52,096 nt of DNA from a virus (Duplodnaviria; Caudoviricetes): IMG/VR virus record IMGVR_UViG_3300025168_000009, positions 1-52,096 of that record; one strand, given 5' to 3'. Shown one piece after another: positions 6,732-15,686 of the stretch (positions are counted from its first letter, which is position 1; the number at the start of each line of letters is the position of its first letter). The notes under the pieces are model-generated. The model worked only from the letters and a program-made list of their open reading frames with translations. It was not told the origin of the DNA and did no database searches. Position numbers and translations under genes: made by a program.

Positions 6732-7208
6732 ATGGAAGAAAATGTTCCTAAGGGCAATCTTGTCCCCCAAGAATTACCTGTTGTAGAATCATCTGAAGTT
6801 TTAATGTCTGATAAATTAGACAAACTAGCTGCTGCGTTATGTAAAGCACAATCAGAAATGAAAGGTGCTGAGAAAAAATCTGTTAATCCTTTCTTTAAAT
6901 CTGGATATGCTGATTTGCATACTGTTATAGAGGCCTCTGTCCCACATTTAAACAAACATGGAATAGCAGTAATTCAAGGTAATGATGGTAAAGTTGGTGT
7001 GTTTTATGTAACTACTATGTTATTACATGAATCAGGTCAATGGATAAAATCTAAACTAAAAATGCCTATAGAAAAAGCTACTGCTCAAAGCATTGGCTCT
7101 ACTATTACATACGGTCGTAGATACGGTTTATCTGCAATAGCAGGTATATCTCAATACGATGATGATGGTAATATAGCATCAGGCAAAGGTTTAACAACTA
7201 ATAAATAA
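6732..7208 (+). CDS. erf: ERF-family ssDNA annealing protein
   Basis: NPFFKSGYADL...LLHESGQWI...GSTITYGRRYGLSAIAGI..DDDG. Confidence 0.92.
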   Translation: MEENVPKGNLVPQELPVVESSEVLMSDKLDKLAAALCKAQSEMKGAEKKSVNPFFKSGYADLHTVIEASVPHLNKHGIAVIQGNDGKVGVFYVTTMLLHESGQWIKSKLKMPIEKATAQSIGSTITYGRRYGLSAIAGISQYDDDGNIASGKGLTTNK

Positions 7209-7220
7209 AAAGGAGTAAAA

Positions 7221-7790
7221 ATGGCTGTAAAAACAATGACTGCAAAAACAGGTGGTGGTGGCAAATTTGACGATGGTTGGCATGAGCTTACTATTTCAAA
7301 AGCTGAGTATGGTACATACACGGCTGCTACTGGTGATTTAAAATATATAACCTTATCATTTGAAAACTACCCTGATAACATGGATCTTCGTATCTATGAA
7401 GCTTTTGTAAAGAAAACTGGTGAAGAATTTAAAGTAGCTAGTTTATTTAAAATGGCAAATGCTGGAATCATGGGTGTGCTTAAAGATCCAAGTGGTAAAA
7501 ATCCTGTTATTCAATATGATGATGAAGCTGAAAACTTAATAGGTAAAAAAGTTAATGTTTTATTTTATAAAGAAACAAAATCAGGCAAAGGTTATACTCG
7601 CATGCATGACTTATTAGCTCCTGTAGTACAAGAAGGTGAGCATTTGTCTTATGCAGAAGATAAGGTTGAAGGTATAAAGAAAGGTGTAGAAAATAGCTTG
7701 AAAAAGAAGCTAGAAAACATGACACCTAATACTGGCTTTGCTACTGCAAATGTAGAGACTACTGAAACTACTAGTACTGAAATGTTCTAA
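7221..7790 (+). CDS. SSB-like protein (DUF669-like OB fold)
   Basis: DGWHELTISKAE motif, acidic tail ending in F, position after erf. Confidence 0.6.
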   Translation: MAVKTMTAKTGGGGKFDDGWHELTISKAEYGTYTAATGDLKYITLSFENYPDNMDLRIYEAFVKKTGEEFKVASLFKMANAGIMGVLKDPSGKNPVIQYDDEAENLIGKKVNVLFYKETKSGKGYTRMHDLLAPVVQEGEHLSYAEDKVEGIKKGVENSLKKKLENMTPNTGFATANVETTETTSTEMF

Positions 7791-7795
7791 TAAAA

Positions 7796-7874
7796 TTAGC
7801 GTTGGAACATGGTCACAAACTCCTCACTAGAGAACGGGAATATTGTTCACAAACAGGTAAAGCTGCAACGCTAA
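7796..7874 (+). other. Intergenic multi-stem RNA element
   Basis: TTAGCGTTG/CAACGCTAA, inner GAACA/TGTTC, TCACAAAC twice. Confidence 0.5.
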
Positions 7875-7890
7875 CAATTATGGAGATAAT

Positions 7891-8064
7891 ATGGCAAAAA
7901 AAGTACCAAAAGAAATAGCAACTGAACTGTATAAAGCTATAAGTAGGCTTGAATACTCTACAGAATTACTAAAAATGTGGGTACAATACATGGATAGTGA
8001 TCTAACGGAAGCTGAAGAAATATTAGTACAAAAATCTAAAAACTTTTTAGGAGATAAATCATGA
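7891..8064 (+). CDS. Small hypothetical protein (57 aa)
   Basis: GGAG RBS, ATGA overlap with the next gene. Confidence 0.7.
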   Translation: MAKKVPKEIATELYKAISRLEYSTELLKMWVQYMDSDLTEAEEILVQKSKNFLGDKS

Positions 8065-8354
8065 AATACTACAACACAACTTCACAAACAGGAGAAGAAT
8101 TAAAAGATTCTTGGACTAAAGCTATAAAGCAGGATGATATCATATTATTGTTGTTTGCAAGAAATAAAAATATGACTTTTACACCTTTTGATGTGCAAAA
8201 CATTCTTAAACATGATTATAGTAAAGATTATCCAATAACTTCAATCAGAAGGTCTATGAATACATTAACAGAAATAGAAGCTTTAGAAAAAACTTCAATT
8301 AAAAGAAAGGGAAAATATGGTAAAAGTAATTATTGCTGGAAATACTCTTCTTAA
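8061..8354 (+). CDS. Winged-helix DNA-binding protein
   Basis: FTPFDV...PITSIRRSMNTL...LEKT...GKYG...W wHTH pattern. Confidence 0.7.
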   Translation: MKYYNTTSQTGEELKDSWTKAIKQDDIILLLFARNKNMTFTPFDVQNILKHDYSKDYPITSIRRSMNTLTEIEALEKTSIKRKGKYGKSNYCWKYSS

Positions 8355-8363
8355 GGAGAATAA

Positions 8364-10100
8364 ATGATAAAAGAATATGCATTTGGTTTATCAAACAGAC
8401 ATCATTTTGGTGATGTTCAAGACGTAGAAAAATGGATGGGTATGGAACAAGACACTTTTATGTCCTTATGGGATTATGATGGTCACGTTGTTGATTATGT
8501 TAAAGAAAAAAGTACACTTGCTTCATATGATGGTATGTTATACATGCCAGACGAATTTCTTCTTGACGTTGATGGAGAGAACCCCGATAAAGCTAAACAG
8601 AAAGCTGTTGGCTTAACAATATTATTAGATGATTTATGTATACCATATCAAGTTTACTTTTCAGGAACTGGATTTCATATAGGCATACCTGGATCTGCAT
8701 TTAGATGGAACCCCTCAGCTGATTTGCACTTAAAAGTTAAAGACGAGCTTCAAGCTAGAGGTATATACGAATTTGCAGACATATCTGTATCTGATAAAAC
8801 AAGACTTATTAGAGTAGTTAACACAAGAAATAGTAAGTCTAAGCTTTATAAAATACCCTTATCACATAGTGAATTACACAACTCAGTAACAAATATACAG
8901 GAATTAGCAAGAACACAAAGGTCTAAGTATAAAATGACTATTTTAGAATGTGAACCCGTATTTGACGTTCTGACCCGTAAAGCTGTAGCAAGTGATAAAG
9001 AGTTTGAAACTGTAACGCTTGGTAGAAATCCTGACCCTGTGTGGTATCCATGTATACAGACAATGATGAGTGGTAGTGCTCAAGGATCTAGGCATCAAAT
9101 AGCTTTAAGAATATCAGGCTATTTAAGATGGAGATATCCTGAACATGTAGTTAGGCTTATCATGGAAGATTGGCGACAAAGAGTTGATTTAAAGTCACAT
9201 CCTTTTACTAAAAAAGAAATGGATAAAATAGTAACTGATTGCTATGAAGGTCATAATGGTAACGGATATAACTACGGTTGTACAGATACTCATATGGATA
9301 ATCATTGCCAGTCTACTTGCAGGCTTTATAAATCTAAAAAGTCACAAAACATTATGGATGCTAGCTCTATGGATAAAGAGTTAGTAGATTTTCTTACAAA
9401 AGATCTTGATCCTATAGATATAGGTAAGTTTTATAATCAAACTTTTCCTATATATCCAGGCGAGGTTGTAATATTACAGGCTCCACCAAAATCTATGAAA
9501 ACTATGTTATTGCAAAATTGGGTTAATAAACTCAAAAGAAAAACATATTTTATAGAAATGGAAATGTCTGCTAGACAAATGTGGATGAGATTTGTAATGA
9601 TGGAAAAAGGTTGGTCTGAAGAAGAGCTACGTGCTAATTATATAGAGCATGCTAAGAGTATAACTGAAGACTTTCAGCAATGGTTAACCATAGATTACAG
9701 TCCCTGTTATGCGCATGAATTAAATAAACGTATAATGATGCTTCCATATAAACCTGAAATAATTGTTGTTGATCACATGGGATTATTTAGATCTCAAAAG
9801 TCAGATAACAATATGAAAGTAGAAGAAGTATCTCAAGCTTTAATGGAACTTGCAATTCAGAACAATGTAGTAGTATTTGCAGTGTCTGAAATAACTAAGC
9901 AAGCGTTTCATGAAGGCATGGATATAACTTCTGCTAAAGGCTCATTTCGTGTAGGCTATAATGCTAATAAAGTCTTATCTCTAACTCCTTATAAGGATGA
10001 AAATAACTTAATCAAGCAATTAAAGATTCAGTGTACAGCTAATAGAGAGAAAGAAGGATTAAACTTAGAACTTAACGTAAATGGAGCAACTATAGGATGA
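8364..10100 (+). CDS. AEP primase(-polymerase) fused to a Cys-rich accessory domain and a DnaB/RecA-type helicase
   Basis: LLDVD, FSGTGFH, RLIRVVNT (AEP); PCI...RH...YGC..C...C; APPKSMKT Walker A; IIVVDH Walker B. Confidence 0.9.
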   Translation: MIKEYAFGLSNRHHFGDVQDVEKWMGMEQDTFMSLWDYDGHVVDYVKEKSTLASYDGMLYMPDEFLLDVDGENPDKAKQKAVGLTILLDDLCIPYQVYFSGTGFHIGIPGSAFRWNPSADLHLKVKDELQARGIYEFADISVSDKTRLIRVVNTRNSKSKLYKIPLSHSELHNSVTNIQELARTQRSKYKMTILECEPVFDVLTRKAVASDKEFETVTLGRNPDPVWYPCIQTMMSGSAQGSRHQIALRISGYLRWRYPEHVVRLIMEDWRQRVDLKSHPFTKKEMDKIVTDCYEGHNGNGYNYGCTDTHMDNHCQSTCRLYKSKKSQNIMDASSMDKELVDFLTKDLDPIDIGKFYNQTFPIYPGEVVILQAPPKSMKTMLLQNWVNKLKRKTYFIEMEMSARQMWMRFVMMEKGWSEEELRANYIEHAKSITEDFQQWLTIDYSPCYAHELNKRIMMLPYKPEIIVVDHMGLFRSQKSDNNMKVEEVSQALMELAIQNNVVVFAVSEITKQAFHEGMDITSAKGSFRVGYNANKVLSLTPYKDENNLIKQLKIQCTANREKEGLNLELNVNGATIG

Positions 10101-10285
10101 AAATGTTACAAGTTACAATATGGTTAAACCCTGATGATGAAACTTGGTACAAAGGTACATTTATCACTACTCAAGAATGGTTGATGATAGAAAAAGAACG
10201 AATTTCTAAATCGATAAACAAAAGGGTAGTGATAAAGACACATGAAAATGGATCTAAAGCATTATTTAGGGAGAAAATAAGATGA
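10097..10285 (+). CDS. Hypothetical protein
   Basis: ATGA coupling, 62 aa. Confidence 0.7.
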   Translation: MKMLQVTIWLNPDDETWYKGTFITTQEWLMIEKERISKSINKRVVIKTHENGSKALFREKIR

Positions 10286-10431
10286 GTATAGAACAACGAC
10301 AAGATAAAATGACTGCTGATGCTGATTGGAGAGAAGGCATAAATGCTTTTAGAATGCAAACTATAGAAGCATTAGCAATTATAAATGAAGAACTAAAAAA
10401 AATACAACAAAAAATAAAGGAGACCCCATGA
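10282..10431 (+). CDS. Small hypothetical protein (49 aa)
   Basis: ATGA overlaps at both ends; GGAG RBS. Confidence 0.65.
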   Translation: MSIEQRQDKMTADADWREGINAFRMQTIEALAIINEELKKIQQKIKETP

Positions 10432-11207
10432 ACCCGTATTTACCAATAAGAAAAGTACCATTAGACTATAATGGTATATCATCATCTGCATTCTCAGTTC
10501 AAATGGACAAAGGAGGAGATGGTTGGAAAGAAGCTGGAGTGGTAGGACAAAACTATATGTTACTATCAAATGAAGAAGTAAAGCAAGCTGCTACACAAGT
10601 ATCTGAAGAATGTAATATAGAATTTGTACATGACAGAACTTTCTTTAATGGAAGACAGTATATATATTCTATGAAATCACCTGATGTTGTTGGAACAATT
10701 AAAAAAGATGACGATATAGCTTTAGGTATGCAGTTTTGGAATAGCTATGATGGTAGTAAATCATTTGGATATTCATTAATGCTATTTAGGTTAGTCTGTA
10801 CTAATGGAATGATGAGTAAAGATTATTTTAATACATACAGATTTAAGCATGAGCCTACGTCTGAGAATTGGGATGAAAATCTACAACAAGTAGTTACTAA
10901 TCTTAACAGTATGTCTAATGGTAGCTATAAAATTGAAGAATTTATATCTAGTCTTAGACAGTTAAGCAATCTTGATGTTACAATGGATGAGCTTGGCAAC
11001 ATTAGGCACAATCATTTACAAGATATACCTGTAGGATTATGGGGACAAATTGTAGATAGATTTACAAAAACAAATAAAGAAGATTATAGTGGTTGGAATC
11101 TGCTAAATGCTAGTACAGATATACTTTGGCACAAAGAAAATCCAACTGTTGCATCTTATAACCAAAATCAATTAATTGTTGATGGCTTGTGTAAAGCTGT
11201 AGCATAA
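10428..11207 (+). CDS. DUF932/DUF945-family protein
   Basis: NSYDGS...FRLVCTNGM signature. Confidence 0.85.
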   Translation: MNPYLPIRKVPLDYNGISSSAFSVQMDKGGDGWKEAGVVGQNYMLLSNEEVKQAATQVSEECNIEFVHDRTFFNGRQYIYSMKSPDVVGTIKKDDDIALGMQFWNSYDGSKSFGYSLMLFRLVCTNGMMSKDYFNTYRFKHEPTSENWDENLQQVVTNLNSMSNGSYKIEEFISSLRQLSNLDVTMDELGNIRHNHLQDIPVGLWGQIVDRFTKTNKEDYSGWNLLNASTDILWHKENPTVASYNQNQLIVDGLCKAVA

Positions 11208-11213
11208 AACTTA

Positions 11214-11285
11214 TAAGGGGGTACGCTTCTAACCTTGATAAAAGCAACCAGTGTATTCACACGAAACCTAATAGCTGCCCCCTTA
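11214..11285 (+). other. Intergenic multi-stem RNA element
   Basis: TAAGGGGGTA/TGCCCCCTTA with inner GCTT/AAGC and GTGT/ACAC. Confidence 0.5.
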
Positions 11286-11301
11286 ATTTTAAAGGAAACA
11301 A

Positions 11302-11493
11302 ATGATAACAATAAACAATGAAGAATATCAAGCACTGTGTAAAGTTGTTGATTACTTGCATGATGACGAGTTAAAGCATTATGAAGAAGAATCAATAATG
11401 GTAGATGGAGAATATAATAAACATCATATATGGCACTCAGTTAATACTCTGTCATTAATGTTAAAAGAATATCAAGCAAAGGAGACAGTTTAA
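11302..11493 (+). CDS. Hypothetical protein
   Basis: AAGGA RBS, 63 aa. Confidence 0.7.
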   Translation: MITINNEEYQALCKVVDYLHDDELKHYEEESIMVDGEYNKHHIWHSVNTLSLMLKEYQAKETV

Positions 11494-11843
11494 TGAAATA
11501 CGAATGTGCAGAAACATATGTAGAAATGGAAAAAATATATCCAGAAATGATAAGTGAATTTGAAAGCATAACACATGATATGTTGCAACTTTTTTGCATG
11601 AAACAGTCTGATTATGGCCCTACAAACATAGGAATGGGTTCTTTGGTAGTGGATACTGATGAAAAGGTAAAACGCTCTTTATTAGCCCTTTCTATTAGAA
11701 TTAACGATAAAACTCAAAGATTGATTAATCTTACTATGAACAATAAAGATCCTAAAAATGAGAGTTTAGAAGATACTTTTATAGATATAGCTAATTATGC
11801 TGTAATGGCTTTAATTGTTAATAGAAAATTATGGGGTAAATAA
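11493..11843 (+). CDS. DUF1599 / nucleotide-modification-associated domain 1 protein
   Basis: KQSDYG...RINDK..RL.NL...ESLEDTFIDIANYA. Confidence 0.8.
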   Translation: MKYECAETYVEMEKIYPEMISEFESITHDMLQLFCMKQSDYGPTNIGMGSLVVDTDEKVKRSLLALSIRINDKTQRLINLTMNNKDPKNESLEDTFIDIANYAVMALIVNRKLWGK

Positions 11844-12080
11844 ATGTATGGAGTAAATGCAAAGCTGTCTAAAGCTGATTTTAAATGTCATATGTGTCAT
11901 TCTTATAAAAATCAAGACGTATACATATGGGGCAACTTTGAAATTTTACCAAAACATCCGTATCAAGAATATAGGATATGTAAAAAATGTGCTATAAGAG
12001 AGCATGGAAGTAAACGTGTAAAACTAGAAACAATAATAGATGAAAGGACAAAACAATGGCTGGAAAAACAAAGACAGTAA
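11844..12080 (+). CDS. Zn-finger protein
   Basis: CHMC...CKKC. Confidence 0.65.
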   Translation: MYGVNAKLSKADFKCHMCHSYKNQDVYIWGNFEILPKHPYQEYRICKKCAIREHGSKRVKLETIIDERTKQWLEKQRQ

Positions 12081-12283
12081 AAGAAAAACCTAAAAGTATG
12101 GTGATAGAAACTCCTCCGCCAACTAAAATCAAACCTAATAATACAGCGACAGGATTGCCTAGAGATATAGAATTTTTAGGAAAAGCTTTGGTTACGCAGA
12201 CTAATAGAATTAATGAATTAGAACTTTCATTAGAAACTATGGGTAAAAAGCTTAAAAGAATAATGGAAAGGATGGGTCTATGA
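12056..12283 (+). CDS. Hypothetical coiled-coil protein
   Basis: AAGGA RBS, C-terminal heptads. Confidence 0.7.
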   Translation: MAGKTKTVKEKPKSMVIETPPPTKIKPNNTATGLPRDIEFLGKALVTQTNRINELELSLETMGKKLKRIMERMGL

Positions 12284-12549
12284 TTAAAAGCTCAGGGTTG
12301 CAAAAAAACTTTGAGATAGCTTTAGAAAAAGTAGACATATTAACTGAGCATAATGAAAGATTGATGGATAAAGTAGTAGACTTAGAATATGAATTATCTC
12401 AATCTAAAAATTCTGTTGATAACTCAAAAAATGTAATACCTTTAAGAAATAGTCACAGATTAAATGAAATAACAAAAGGAGCTGAAAAAGCTATAGAAAG
12501 ATATAAACAATATTTAAATAAGGAGTTTCCAAATGCCAAGTCCAAGTAA
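12280..12549 (+). CDS. Hypothetical coiled-coil protein
   Basis: ATGA coupling. Confidence 0.7.
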   Translation: MIKSSGLQKNFEIALEKVDILTEHNERLMDKVVDLEYELSQSKNSVDNSKNVIPLRNSHRLNEITKGAEKAIERYKQYLNKEFPNAKSK

Positions 12550-12859
12550 AGCTAAAGGCAATAGATTTGAAAGAGAAGTAGTAAATAAAGCAACTGAATC
12601 TGGTTTAACAGCAAAAAGAGCATGGGGAAGCAATGGTGCTTCTTTAGGTATGCATGAAGAAGTAGACTTAATTATAGGTAAAGATCCTGTAATTAAAATA
12701 CAAGCTAAGTGTAGAAAAAGTCTTGCATCATTTCTTCAACCAACAGAACATGTAGATGCTGTAGTATGTAAGCAAGATAGAGGTGAAACTTTAATAATAC
12801 TAAGATTTGATGATTGGTTAGAGAATAAGTTTATCTGTTCAATGGTGGAGGAAAGATAG
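12533..12859 (+). CDS. Holliday junction resolvase (Hjc-like PD-(D/E)XK)
   Basis: SKAKGNRFERE...VDL...IQAK. Confidence 0.85.
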   Translation: MPSPSKAKGNRFEREVVNKATESGLTAKRAWGSNGASLGMHEEVDLIIGKDPVIKIQAKCRKSLASFLQPTEHVDAVVCKQDRGETLIILRFDDWLENKFICSMVEER

Positions 12860-13035
12860 TGGAGAAAGGCAGTAAAAATGTTGGATTTAGTATAAACAAA
12901 GATTATGTAGCATTGTATGTTTTTCCATTAGGCATAGAGCTATTTGCTATAGCAGAAGATATAGAAATAGGAATTACAATATGGCCAGTTAAATTAACAT
13001 TTTGCATTGGCAGAAATCGTACTTTGTTTAGTTAA
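12859..13035 (+). CDS. Small hypothetical protein (58 aa, GTG start)
   Basis: GGAGG RBS, TAGTG coupling; last gene of the + arm. Confidence 0.55.
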   Translation: MEKGSKNVGFSINKDYVALYVFPLGIELFAIAEDIEIGITIWPVKLTFCIGRNRTLFS

Positions 13036-13043
13036 AAGAAGTA

Positions 13044-13080
13044 GCGTAGGTAGTGTGTTTATCTCCCATACTATCTACGC
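13044..13080. terminator. Hairpin at the convergence of the early and late arms
   Basis: 14-bp GCGTAGGTAGTGTG/CATACTATCTACGC; T-rich run follows on the - strand. Confidence 0.7.
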
Positions 13081-15686
13081 ATGCTTTCAAGTATAGCTAA
13101 TGCTCTTTCATTTGAAGTATTAGTTTTCTTTTTCTTTTTAGATTTTTTACCAAATATCATTTGATGACCACCTTTAGTCCATTCATTTGGATATAATTTT
13201 AACCAATGAGTTATCAAATCTCTACCTCTTCCAGATTGAATAGCTGGCATTAGTTTGTTTTTAGATACACCCCAAGCAGTAGAGTATTGATAAGCAGAGT
13301 ATAATTGAGACAATTTATCAGAATCATTAGAAAAGTCTACATTACCAAATAATATTTTATTTAAATCATTATATTCTATATCTATAATTTCACTAGCTAC
13401 CATAAGATGCTTTATAGTTCCTAAAGTTGGCCCTGTAAATTCACCCATAAGACCAAACGTACCTCTATCAGGATTGTCAAACTCTGTTATATCATCTGCA
13501 ATACGTTTAACTCTCTCAACACTTTCATTTTCTATAATATTTGTAAGATCAGTATTTGTTAATACAGAAGCTAAAGCTACTCCACTTGAAATCATAGCGT
13601 ATCTCATAGCATATTGTATTTCTTCTGACTGAAGACCTTGTTTTGCAAGAATAGATTTATGAATACCTTTCATAGCATCATAATGAGTTTCCATTAAAGA
13701 CATAGGATAATGTAGCAAGTGAAAAGCTACTTCAGATAATCCTCCACCTACTCCAGCCATTTTTCTATTTATATTTTTACCATCTATTTGTTCAATAGTT
13801 CTCCATTCTCCACGTACAGACTTAGCTTTAGCATGAGCTGCGTATTCATATGCCCAGCTATTAACCATTTTTAAAGCATATTTTTGTGAAAAAGTTTTAG
13901 CTAAATTAGGAGGATAACCATCGTTAACTAATTGAGAATATTTTTTATGCAAAGCTGTTCTAAACATCCATTTTCTTTGATTATTTTCTGTAAGTCTATG
14001 AAAAAATAAACCTTTATCTAATGTCCATTTACCAGCTTTTTTAATAACATCTTGAACAGGTGTGTTATTCATCGTAATCTTGCCAGTTAAAGGATCAAAT
14101 TTAACATTTTTATCTGCTAAATCTTTTTTAGTTATTAAACCTTCAGTATATAACTCTGAAGCTGCATCAGTAAATAAAAACCCTGCTTCTTCTTCTGCTC
14201 TTTTAGCCATTTCTTGAAATTGTTTATCATGCTCCATAGCTTTTTTAGCAGCACCTAAAGAACTAATACCTACTCTACTATAAAAATGAATAGCACTAGC
14301 TGCATTTTTTACAGCACCTGTTATATTTAAACCCATAGTTCTAGCTGTCTGTACGGCATTAAGGGTAGTAACAGCTTTGTTTACCCAATCTGGTCTTCCA
14401 GATGTACCTCTGTTAAAAACTGTATATTCTTCTTCAATAAATTTTCTTAATCCTTTTTGAAATTGAGTATCAGTTTTAGGTATTTGCTGTAAAGCTTCTA
14501 GATAAGTTTGTTGCGTAGTAACCATTTTATTAAATTGAGCTGCTTGATCGCCATATTCTTTTAAAACCATCAAAGGATCTTTTTCCCAAAACTTTTCAAG
14601 ATGAGGATTCTTCTTTTTAGCATGAGCAGGCATACTATTTATATCTATTTTACCTATAACATTGCCAACTAAATTTTCAAAAGACGCATCTTTTTGTAAA
14701 GCATTTGCAGTCATAGCTTCAGATAGTTTGTCTTTTATTTGCAACATAGTTTCAAATTGTATTTGTGGAAAATAACCACCTTCTTTGTTACCATTAGTAA
14801 TATCTATAATAGATTCTTCAATAGTTTCTATCATTTTTCTAGCCTTAGGATTTCCCATAGCAAGATCTGGTTTAGATTGATTAGTGTATTTTAAAGCTAC
14901 AATATTTTGTAATTTCCTTAATCCATTAACGTAAACATTACCCATTTCATTAAGATTTTGTCTTGCTACTTTAACAGCTTCATATACATGAGAGTTAAAA
15001 TTAACTTTATTTCCATCTTTATCTCTATAACTAGGCTTTCTAGCTTCTTCAAAGATAGCTTTATCCATGTGAATAAGCTCTATAAATTGTTTTAAAGTTT
15101 TACCTTCTTTATCCTTATTAACAAAAGTTTCTATTTTATTAACAAATTCAGCTTGAACTTGTTCGTTTGGATCAGCATTAGCCATTTCTTCACGTAATTT
15201 TCTTAACTTTTTAGTACCTAAATCTTTTTTACCACCAAATTCAGAAGTGTATGCATCAACCATATGTTGAGCTATTATACCATTAGAAGTAAGAACTTTG
15301 TTAATTTGAACTCGTTCATAGTTAAGTATTTCATTTAACTCTAAGTAAAACCTTCTTGATGTAGGGTCTTGTTTAGAAATGCCTTCAGGAACAACCCAGG
15401 CTAAATTACTAAACTTTCCTCCTAAAGCTTTATCGAAAGCATCAATTTCTACTTTTGCTCTTCTAAAATCTGCTTTAGTTAATGGAGAATCTGCGTTCCA
15501 AGGCTTTTCTAATCTTTGTTCTATAAGCCATTTTATATTATCAACAGAAGCCTGACTGTCAAACCCACTATCTTTATATGTAAAGCGATCTTTTATATGT
15601 TTTTTAGATTTCCAATACTCATACATATCACTCATCATTTCCATTCTTTTTTGCTTTTCTACGTATATAGGATTACATAAGCCCAT
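13071..15686 (-). CDS. Large internal virion/ejection protein
   Basis: 871 aa, helical with hydrophobic C-terminal segments; last gene of the ejection cluster. Confidence 0.6.
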   Translation of the reverse strand: MGLCNPIYVEKQKRMEMMSDMYEYWKSKKHIKDRFTYKDSGFDSQASVDNIKWLIEQRLEKPWNADSPLTKADFRRAKVEIDAFDKALGGKFSNLAWVVPEGISKQDPTSRRFYLELNEILNYERVQINKVLTSNGIIAQHMVDAYTSEFGGKKDLGTKKLRKLREEMANADPNEQVQAEFVNKIETFVNKDKEGKTLKQFIELIHMDKAIFEEARKPSYRDKDGNKVNFNSHVYEAVKVARQNLNEMGNVYVNGLRKLQNIVALKYTNQSKPDLAMGNPKARKMIETIEESIIDITNGNKEGGYFPQIQFETMLQIKDKLSEAMTANALQKDASFENLVGNVIGKIDINSMPAHAKKKNPHLEKFWEKDPLMVLKEYGDQAAQFNKMVTTQQTYLEALQQIPKTDTQFQKGLRKFIEEEYTVFNRGTSGRPDWVNKAVTTLNAVQTARTMGLNITGAVKNAASAIHFYSRVGISSLGAAKKAMEHDKQFQEMAKRAEEEAGFLFTDAASELYTEGLITKKDLADKNVKFDPLTGKITMNNTPVQDVIKKAGKWTLDKGLFFHRLTENNQRKWMFRTALHKKYSQLVNDGYPPNLAKTFSQKYALKMVNSWAYEYAAHAKAKSVRGEWRTIEQIDGKNINRKMAGVGGGLSEVAFHLLHYPMSLMETHYDAMKGIHKSILAKQGLQSEEIQYAMRYAMISSGVALASVLTNTDLTNIIENESVERVKRIADDITEFDNPDRGTFGLMGEFTGPTLGTIKHLMVASEIIDIEYNDLNKILFGNVDFSNDSDKLSQLYSAYQYSTAWGVSKNKLMPAIQSGRGRDLITHWLKLYPNEWTKGGHQMIFGKKSKKKKKTNTSNERALAILESMRR

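Noticed and set aside
7796-7874. c-di-GMP-I riboswitch
   Set aside because: Only a superficial CAAAC similarity; it lacks the GNRA/receptor and second-stem consensus
11214-11285. Hammerhead ribozyme (CGAAAC present)
   Set aside because: The CTGANGA core is missing
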